NCBI GenBank assembly: GCA_009602725.1
Contig: WELB01000007.1
Span: 158,551-196,470, forward strand
Origin: Spirogloea muscicola
Taxonomy: Eukaryota
Reading direction: 5' to 3'
DNA length: 37,920 nucleotides
Of the stretch, positions 29,562-37,920 are shown piece by piece. The notes beneath the pieces are model-generated. The model was not told the origin of the DNA and did not search any database. It was given only the letters and a program-made list of their open reading frames with translations. The first letter of the stretch is position 1. Each line of letters starts with the position of its first letter. A program made the translations under genes and the position numbers.

Positions 29562-30380
29562 TTCTCATCCGCCCCTTCTACGGTGCGCACGAGGAGGGGA
29601 GCGGACCGCCACCCACGACCTGTTGCGCAACGCCATGTACGGCATTCTCGTGGAGGCCGGCTACACCGTGGCGCTGGAACACCCCGGCATCATGCCCCTG
29701 ACTGTCGGAGCGGATGGCCGCCCTCACACCCGCCGGGCCGATCTCGTCGCCAGTGCGCTGGGCGGGGGTCCCCGGCTCATTGCCGATGTGGTCACTACGG
29801 ACTGCGTTGTATCCAGCAGCGACAAGCGTTCATCCGAGGAGGCGGGCTATGCAGTCCGCCTAGCGGCGGGTGCCAAGGAACTCAAGTACGCGGATCACCC
29901 CGAAGGCGACGAGTTTGTCCCACTCGCCGTCGACGTGCACGGAGCCTTTGGGACCAAGTGGCTAGACCTTCTTCACCGCCTTGCTCGTCGTGCGGTGGCC
30001 CGTCGCCAGGGGCAGAACGGCGAGCAGCCTGGCTTCCACGTCGCCGGGTCCCTCGCCCAGGTGTTCAGGATGCGCCTCGCCATTTCCCTCCAGCGGTCTC
30101 TTGCGTTTGCCGTCCACCTACGTGCCGGCCGCGCCCTGGCGGCTGCCTCCGGGTTTCGTCAGGGCGACGTCTTCCCGCCCTCTAGCTACTCGGACCTGCA
30201 CTTGCTGACTCGAGGTTACTGAGAGCCTCCTTGTCGTCTTAGCACTTAGTCTTCTGCTTTTTGTGCCATTCGGCTCCTTTTGACATTGTCCATTCCTTTT
30301 GGGCTGGCTCCTCCCAGCCACCAGTCAATTCGGCCGCGCTTTTCTCTTTCTACTGGAAGGGTCTTTCTCAAATCTTTCTC
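29562..30380 (+). mobile_element. 5'-truncated non-LTR retrotransposon of the RLE (CRE/R2-group) type: end of zinc knuckle, restriction-like endonuclease domain and 3' UTR
   Basis: Open frame to TGA at 30222: 'H..LLRC..GGERTATHDLLRN' (distal CCHC knuckle plus RHD-like motif), 'RRADL' (PD motif), 'ADVVT', 'KELKY', 'FVPLAVDVHGAFG', 'RLAISLQR'. This is the motif order of the PD-(D/E)xK endonuclease in RLE retrotransposons. No RT domain remains. The 3' UTR has a hairpin at 30301-30319. Confidence 0.9.
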
Positions 30381-30501
30381 TCAACTTACATCAAACAAGA
30401 AATACCGCGGTGGACGGCATATCCGGATGTATTTTATGTAAAGTGCGTAATCCACCTGCTACCTGCATTTGGTCTGTAGTGTAGTTCTTTTTCGGCTCCT
30501 C

Positions 30502-30575
30502 TTTCTTTTGGCTTGGGATATTGTCCATTCTTTTTGGGCTGGCTTTGCCAGCCACTCTTCTCTATGGGCGAGCAC
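30502..30575 (+). mobile_element. Short 3'-tail copy (second subtype) of the RLE element
   Basis: Differs from 29489-29561 by two substitutions and one T indel. Preceded by the conserved 'cggctcc' at 30493. Confidence 0.85.
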
Positions 30576-30765
30576 ATCCTTCTTCATTCTTGGAGATAAA
30601 CGACCGCAACGGGTGTACTTGCGCAAGAAGGATGTATTCTTGTATAACGTGAAGTGCGTAATCCGACTGCATTCTTGGAAGTGAACGACCGCAGCGGCTG
30701 TACTTGCGCAAGGAGGACGAATTCCGCTCTGGCTCAGAAGCGGCAAACGGCGAGCGGCGAGTGGC

Positions 30766-30770
30766 AAAAA
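30766..30770 (-). terminator. Pol III terminator (T5) of the tRNA gene
   Basis: TTTTT on the minus strand, 12 nt after the tRNA 3' end. Confidence 0.7.
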
Positions 30771-30782
30771 GCTTGCGCATTA

Positions 30783-30855
30783 TGGAGACGCCGGGTATCG
30801 ATCCCGGTACCTCTCGCATGCAAAGCGAGCGCTCTTCCATTTGAGCTACACCCCC
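30783..30855 (-). tRNA. tRNA-Ala, anticodon TGC
   Basis: GGGGGTGTAGCTCAAATGGAAGAGCGCTCGCTTTGCATGCGAGAGGTACCGGGATCGATACCCGGCGTCTCCA, 73 nt. It folds as a cloverleaf with anticodon stem CTCGC/GCGAG, loop TTTGCAT, the G3:U70 alanine identity pair, eukaryotic ATCGA T-loop and discriminator A. Confidence 0.97.
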
Positions 30856-30987
30856 GCGTAGCAGTGACACAGAGCACCAACCGCTATATCAATCATGCTG
30901 CAATATCTGGGGTTTTTGTCCTTCTTCTCTTGTCATATATTATGGTAACGTAGTCAGAAGCTTATATGAAGAAGTGGCACTCCCAAT

Positions 30988-31036
30988 GGGGGCAAGGGCT
31001 GTGAAAAGCCAGCCCAAAAAGAATTGACAAAAGGAA
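30988..31036 (-). mobile_element. 3'-tail remnant of the RLE element just upstream of the tRNA
   Basis: The minus strand reads ccttttgtcaattctttttgggctggcttttcacagcccttgcccc, closely matching the tail at 13200-13243. Confidence 0.75.
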
Positions 31037-31264
31037 TATCATATGGAATACATGTGGCTTTAGCGCGTCATAATCAGACACCGCAGCACCCTGTCCAGTG
31101 GGTCGGAAAGTGCCGCTTCCAATCACAACGTCATTCACGATCGCGTCCAGGTTAACTCATAGGCTGTGAAGTGAAATAGCGGTAACCAGGTCCGATTTGG
31201 ACCTGGCAGGGCACACCTTCCTCATCCCCTAACCCCCTTCCCCTCCCGCGCTCGCGGCGCCGCC

Positions 31265-32807
31265 ATGGCGGCCGAGCCCCCGGCGCCGGCGCCGGCGGGC
31301 CCGCTGGACGACGGCGACGGGGATGTCGGCATGCGGGCCGCGCCGGGGCAGGAGGTGTGCGCCGTGAAGGGCCTCGGAGCGGCGCTGAGCGGCGGTGTCA
31401 TGGGCGGCATCTTTGGCCTCGGTGAGAGCGCGCCGCCGCTGCCGCCGTCTGCGGCTGGATATGCTCGTAGACTCCATATGACGGTTGTGACAATCTGAAG
31501 TCGGCACCGGGCAGGCGGGCCTACCGCCATATGAGCTCCTGGCCCGCTGCATTGCTTATGAGCCCATGAGCCAACTCCCAAGGTGGCGCTTGCCATCCTC
31601 TCCTCAAGCCTTCTCACTTGGGACCCAGTGACAGCGACCTTAACAACGCTTCCGTGTCGCACGTGACCCTCGTTGTTGCTCTCGTTGGGACAGTGCAGCA
31701 GCCAAGGCCATTCTGCCCAAGCCCATTTTGTGTGTTGGTCACCCCCTTGTTGTACTTGAGCTGTGTGCTTGACGTGTTCGAAAAGAAATAGGTTACTTGT
31801 TTCAGGTGTGCCTGGGCTGATTTTGTCAGTCACTGCGATATCATGTGTCCAGGCTCTGGACTCCTCAAAAAGGAGGGCTTCAGAGGGGCTCTGAAGGAAG
31901 GGGGCAGTTCGGCTAAGGTGGGTTGAGGTCCAGACTCATGCTTTTGATAGTTTCCCTCCTGAAGGAGCATGCCTCAGTACAGGTACGCATGAGCTAGCAA
32001 GCCTGCCTGGTCTGTCAAGCAGCCAATGGTTGGACCTAACGCAGCTCTTGATTTCCTTTCCTACCTTTGCCGGTCTGCCGTCAGACCTTTGCAATCATGT
32101 CATCGGTACATACCGTGGTCAACTGCTACATGAAGAAGCTGCGTAAGAAGGAAGATGGTAAGTCTCGCTCGCTGCCCTGTCAGGGGACTTATATCCTCCT
32201 GCTCAACTGTGTCCCCGCTTCTACACAAAACCGTACCCGGCATTTGTCATACATTATGGTCAGATTGTATCTACCCTGACATGTCAGGAGTGTACTCTTG
32301 CAGCAATTAATGCAGGCATTGCAGGCTGTGCAACTGGTCTTGCACTTGGTTACGGAGGTAAGTAGACGATCATTGCAAGCTGCTTGCAAGAGCGTTATCC
32401 TTCATGGAGGAATGTCGAGGTCCTGATTCGAAGCAGCTGCACCCTCTGAGGCTATCTTTGAGGTTTGCTTTCTGTTGTGAAGTCACTGCGCGCTTACTGG
32501 CATTGTATCTCTGCACTTGTCTCTGGCAGGCACTCCTCAAGGGATGTTGCAGAGCTGCCTTGGCTTTGGAGCCTTCTCGTATATCTTTGACTACATCAAC
32601 CCCCCTGCTGCAGCCTCACAAAGCCTGCCCCAGAGCCGCAGCAGCCAACGACGGAAGAGCCAGAGGCTGCTGCATTTACCTTGTAATTTTCACCTTCCTG
32701 TACTTCCTCCATTTACTCTGCCCTTCTCTATCCCTGCCATCAACGAACAGCAATGGGTTCCAGGGTGGCACCCGCAGAATCAGATAGATCTGAGGCATAG
32801 GCGGTGA
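31265..32807 (+). CDS. PRAT / Tim17-Tim22-Tim23 family protein of the HP20/HP22 (plastid TIM22-like) type, 5 exons
   Basis: Exons 31265-31421, 31853-31917, 32085-32157, 32304-32357, 32530-32807. Translation: '[94 protein letters not shown]'. Confidence 0.9.
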
Positions 32808-33752
32808 GAGCTCCCTGCATAACCTTGTGTGACTTCTTGTCCGCAGCTGCTAGACCTCCTTACGTCAAGAGCGAAATTTTAGGCCAGTTGCTCCGCTTAA
32901 GGATGACGGATGGCAAGGATGTTGGGCGACTTCGCTGACTAGTGGGTCCCAGCCCGTTCAATTTTGCAGCTTAGAAAAGTGACATACAAAAGCCTGCCTG
33001 TGTGTGTCACTATGCATGCTGCACCTTGATCTACTGAGAGGGCGCAATTCAGGTAGAGCATAAGCTTGATGAAGGCACCGAAGGCTCCTTGAACAGTCAT
33101 GCGCTTGTAAGCAACAAGCATAGGTTAGGTGTACTTTCAAACGCGAAAATGCGCGGCCAAGGAGGGAGGATAAGCACCCAGATGTTTGGCGACCTAAGAA
33201 AAGCAGAAGGCCAAGACGGGCCGAGTGATACATCTCCAATAACTTCCAAGGGGCTCGAAAGGAAGGGGGGGCTCGCCCAGGCTCTCTCAACACATCCCCC
33301 TCCAGAACCGCCTCCGTACCATATATGCCACACCGAATATGGCAAACCAGGCTAGCCAGTATCTTGACCTTATTCCACCAGCGTGTCTAACTAGGGGCGG
33401 ACAAGGATTTCCCCTTTAGACGGCTTTAGGAAGTGGGTCGTATCTTCCAATTGCTGCCGGAAAATCATAATATGTCGAAGCCAGTCCTGCATGTCTGCAG
33501 ATTGTATTGTCATACACTCTGGTTTGGCCTTCGGTCAGTCCAGGTTGTCGATGAGAGTCCAGGGTGAGAATGTACTTAGCAGCCATCCCTCCGGCACGCC
33601 GCCAGGTCGCCATTGGACTCTCAAGCGCTTGCACCGCCAAGGAGCTCGCTTTCCTTCTTCGATTTGAGGTTCAAGACGCCAAAGCCGTCTCGACCCACTA
33701 ATGCACACCCACAGTCGTGTCTACCAAGCAGTGTTTAGCTGTGGGCCCTCCT

Positions 33753-33800
33753 GGACCTTGTCCACGTTGTCTGGGCTGGCCTTTCACAGCTACTCGTCTT
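33753..33800 (+). mobile_element. 3'-tail remnant of the RLE element
   Basis: gaccttgtccacgttgtctgggctggcctttcacagct resembles 13130-13165 (gaaccttgtccgctctttgggctggccttccacagcc). Confidence 0.6.
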
Positions 33801-34756
33801 TAGGAAGAGCTTCTCTTTCGTTACTAGCCTTGCGCTTGCCACCTTCCTGGCCAGGCCGTTTACCACTGCAGGGAACACAGACGTCGGCTCCCCCAGCAAG
33901 AGCCTCCAGAAGGGTTGCCTTCCATCGCTGTCTTGTGCACCACCTCCACAATATCTCGCACCACTACTCCAGGCTGCACCTGCTTCCGTCTCAAGGAAGC
34001 GGTCCAACATCTTATTCGAACACCTTGTGAGGTGGGTAGCCTCTCCCAACAGCCATCAAGCGGCAGCTCATTGTATTCCTGCCATCACATCGCTACAACG
34101 AGGCTGGCTCACCGTATGAGGAGCAGCCAGCTTGGTGATTAACTGGTGGACAAATACGTAGCAAAGCACACATGCCGCTTTGCAGCTATTCCTGCATCTG
34201 TGGTTGCTGGCAACTATTGCATGCCAGTGGAGTCTTCATGTGAAGGTCTTTTTGTATTAAAGCCCCTAAACCCTTAACCCATTTGCGGTTGTTTACTTGT
34301 CTCCGAGTACAACCACCCATGTGTATTATGGCATGCTCTGCGTCCACTGCATCTTACACAAATGACTGGTGCATGGACCTGGGAGGCATGCCACTCGTGA
34401 CTGCCCCTCGCGACACAAAAGAGCTAGCAGACAGTCTAATTGTCATGATTACCGCAAAAATGCAGGACAAGGCATACTCAAGTCATTTAAAGCCCTCAAT
34501 CTCCCTAAGACATGCGAGGGCCACTACTAAGCTCATTAAGGTGTTTCAATATTTGTAATGGTATGAAAGCGAGTAAGTGTGATTAAAAGCAACGCATGCC
34601 ACCGCACAATTTGGCTGACAGATGCCTATCTTTAGCTAGCACATTACTTCTCAGCTCTTGGTAAAGTTCTCGCCATATCGTTTGCTCTTCTGCTCCTATA
34701 CATTCTTTGCTGCCCAAGAAGAGCAGATGTAGCACTTTCTCAACCTGCCACTTTCC

Positions 34757-37244
34757 CTACTGCCTGAAACGCTGCATAGTCTTGAAGGCCCCCAGTTTGA
34801 TTACATACTCATAGTAGATGACAGCAAGAACTGCTCCTAGATAAGGTCCAAGCCAGAAAATCCACTGCAAATGCGACATGCAGAGCAACCATGGTTGTCA
34901 ATCTATATTGCTACGCACAAGAAAGTGAAGGCAGACTTGCTGCATGGTGGCAAGTGAGACCACCGACGATTAACAGCAATGAGCTCAGAGCCAGGCATTT
35001 TACAGGATGTCAATCTTGAGCAGTGCCAATGAAGGGCTTGCTAGAAGAGATGAAGCAAGTGGCACTCATCAAAGTGTCTCCCAAGCATCCAAGCACAGCT
35101 CTCCACCAACAAGCATTGGCATCATGAAGATGGAACTTCTGTAAATACAAGGCAACCAGAACACTCACATGGTCGTCCCATGCCTTGTCTGAGCCAGCAA
35201 CAACGGCAGACGCAAAGCTTCGAGCAGGATTGATGCCAGTCCCGGTCACTGGGATGGTGGCGACGTGGACAACAAATACCGTGAACCCAATAGCAAGTGG
35301 AGCTAAGGCCTGCATGCGGCACATTCACTCAAGTGACGTTACTGATACTCTTCAAATTGCACACCCAGCTGTCAGTCTGACATTGTGTGTGGTGATTCTG
35401 CTGAGGTGCTGAGGTAACATTATTAGTGCGAGCACTCACGGGTGACACATGAAATGTCACATAAGTAACAACCAGCAAAGAAGCCCTCCCAGGCCAAAGG
35501 CAAAGAGCCTTCTACTTTTACCGAAAAGCAATGACGAGTGAAGAAGAATGGAACGATTGAAAGGATAAGTGGTAACGCACTGGAATGTGGAAATCACGGG
35601 CAGCTCGCTTCGGGTCCGTGGCAGAGAAGACAACGAAGACTAGCACAAATGTGCCAATAATCTCTGCTCCCAAGCCAGCTCCATTGCTGTACCCAGGTTG
35701 CACAAAGTTGGCGCCTCCAGTTGCCGCGTTGAACTCTGCAAGCAGCAGAGCTGTTTGTCATCGCACACTCAACAAGTCGGGCAAGTCCTTAAGGGGTTCC
35801 ATGCACGCACATCATCATGAGGTATCTGGCATGGAAGACTGACCACTCTTGTGCAAGCCTTTCACAATGCCGACACCAACGATGCCTCCCAGCATCTGGC
35901 AAACCGTGTACAGGAACCAGCGAGGAATTGAGATGCGCCGGGCCAACAGCATGGCCAATGACACAGCCGGGTTTATGTGGCCACCTGTTGGTAGCAGAGC
36001 AAGTAGAACCAAGTTGTTATTCCCATTGTTTGATTATGCTTCAAGGTGACTAGGCACTTGAATACACCACCCTATATCTGCGACATGGAGCACGTGGCAC
36101 ATGCAGCAGGTGGGTGGTTGAGCAAGAAGGTTGGCAGAGCACCTGACACGCCCGCAATGCAGAAGACTAGGATGAAAATCATGATGCCGAAGGATGTTGC
36201 GATGCCATATATACCAACGCTGACACCTGGAGTATCCTGCAACACTGTGTGTTGTCAGCTTACCACTAGCTTGCTAGTCAGCCAGTCGTGCTACAGAGGC
36301 CATCTGAAGACTTAGAAGCTCCATGGCATGCAGCGCACTCTGTCTGGGCCCTCCTTGATGCCAATCAATAAGGGCAAATGTTACACCAGCACAATTAGAG
36401 AAATCTGAGTCCTCTTAATTCGCAAGTGAACTGGATGTATTAACAAGGGCACTGCTGAGGATGTCTAGAAAGTGAGTGGCAAAGTCCAATGGAAAAGTGT
36501 GCCAGTGGTAGAGTAAGTCATCAGTGCCTTGAAGTGCGTGATGGTGAGAATGGTGAAGTAGAGGAAAAGCAGTGTCGACATAAACTCAGCAATGCAGGCG
36601 CGGTAGAGAGACCATCTGCCCAGCTCCTCAGCATCAACAAACGGCACACTTGCGACGGGTGTGTAGTCCCTAGTGGACTGGGCCCTCCTGCAGTGAGGAC
36701 ATGCCCAGCCACTGTGAGTGTAAGGACCATGGAGAATTGACACCTTGTGTGACAATCCCAGTCTAGTGGCTTGCCATGTCTAGCAAGGGTGTCCTGCACT
36801 GGGGTCTATCGGTCGGGAGGAGATAAGCCGAGGGCAGCGGGCTGCTGCTACCCTTGCTTATGCTTGATGGCATGACTTGCTAGACACCTGATGGAACACG
36901 CTGTTTTGCAAGGTGGTCCCTCAAGGAACAATGACTAAGTAAGCGAGGACCCGGCCCCAAGTACGCTCAGTGCCACCAATGAAGCCAGCATTTCGTCCTG
37001 GCATGACATGTTTAAATTAATCTCTCCACCTGCATTGGTGCTTAACGCATTGGGCAGGGAGAATATAGCTGCATCAAGATATGCTCGATGGGGTATCTCT
37101 TCCGCGAGAGACAGCGAGCGTCAAGGTTCTCCAAAGCGCCACATGTAATGGGAGGACGATGAAATGCAGGGTGGGCACATACGCAAGGTTGCCCTCCTCG
37201 GCGAGCTTCAGGTCAGGGTCGACGCTGTGCTGGGTCGCCGCCAT
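34757..37244 (-). CDS. PIP: Plasma-membrane intrinsic protein (PIP) aquaporin, 7 exons
   Basis: Minus-strand exons: 37244-37183, 36687-36528 (GC donor), 36236-36143, 35984-35844, 35735-35581, 35309-35169, 34864-34757. It has two NPA motifs ('[10 protein letters not shown]', 'GTGINPARS'), PIP signatures '[11 protein letters not shown]', 'GGAN.VQPGYS', '[12 protein letters not shown]', 'AWDDHWIFW', and an F-H-T-R ar/R filter. Confidence 0.95.
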
Positions 37245-37635
37245 GGCGGGAGAAGCGCGGCCTAGTCTCTCCCCACTCGGGTTCTGGCGCTGGGCGTGGC
37301 ACGCGGAGGAGGATTGGCGCGCCTCGGGACTGCGGCGGCAGCTTCGAAGCACAGACGGCGGCAACCTTGAGAGACGGCCTGCGAGGCAGTGGCAAGAGCA
37401 CACTGCGGCTGCTGATGCAGAAGAACTCACTACCACAGCCACACCTCATCTGTATAAGACGTGAGCTCTTGCAAGTGGGCTGGGGGCGGTGAAGGGCCAG
37501 CTTGACACGAAGCTCTGCCCGATTGGGCTGGCGTTAATCACAACCATCGCCCCCGTGAGAAAATGGAGTGTGTATTGAGTAATGGACCACGAACACATGC
37601 GGAGAGAATGAATCAAGCTCTTCCAAGGTGACAGT

Positions 37636-37698
37636 CTTCCAGTAGAGGGGCGATGGGCTGTGTGATCGGCCAGCCCAGGAAAGAGAATTAAACAAGGC
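37636..37698 (-). mobile_element. 3'-tail remnant of the RLE element upstream of the PIP gene
   Basis: The minus strand reads ccttgtttaattctctttcctgggctggccgatcacacagcccatcgcccctctactggaag: the hairpin plus the 'ctactggaag' motif shared with 30350-30359. Confidence 0.6.
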
Positions 37699-37920
37699 TC
37701 CAAAGGGGACGGTGGGCTGTGGAAGGAGGAAAACAGTCTTCTTACAAGGCCTGCTTAGAAAAGGGTGGGCGAAAGTCCGAGTGTGGGGACGGAAGAAACC
37801 CACAGGGCACCCCCCCCCACCACGGGCCCTGCCACGGGCTCCCCCCTCCCTCCCCGCGGGTGACACCAAGTCGTTATCACGGGCGTCCCCAAAACCCCCC
37901 CCCCCTCCCCTTCCCCCCTC

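Noticed and set aside
29489..30575. 73-bp direct repeats as LTRs or a target-site duplication
   Set aside because: They are homologous to the family's 3' tail, lack TG...CA ends, and the right copy is separated from the element's 3' end by unrelated sequence.
34263..34281. Interstitial telomeric repeat (ccctaaacccttaaccc)
   Set aside because: Only about two imperfect units; expected by chance.

Overview
Eukaryotic, GC-rich, intron-rich nuclear DNA. The plant-type gene families and short introns suggest a streptophyte green alga or early-diverging plant (inference). Eight spliced protein genes could be traced exon by exon: SYP13-type syntaxin (+), a methyltransferase-type-11-like gene (-), plastid ClpP5 (+), a WDR44-like WD40 protein (+), a STOP1-like C2H2 zinc-finger factor (-), a 14-3-3 (-), an HP20/HP22-type PRAT/Tim17-22-23 protein (+) and a PIP aquaporin (-). 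There is also one tRNA-Ala(TGC) (-) and two assembly gaps. The main unexplained structure is a family of non-LTR retrotransposons with a restriction-like endonuclease (RLE; CRE/R2 group). One 5'-truncated copy keeps an open RLE domain (about 29562-30380). More than a dozen short 3' remnants occupy most intergenic intervals, recognisable by the ORF end 'SDLxLLTRGY*' and/or a TTGTCCATTC...GGGCTGGC-N-CAGCC hairpin. They recur as tail-to-tail pairs and head-to-tail stacks, and one such set brackets the tRNA gene. Three well-supported and one probable GC-AG intron also occur.
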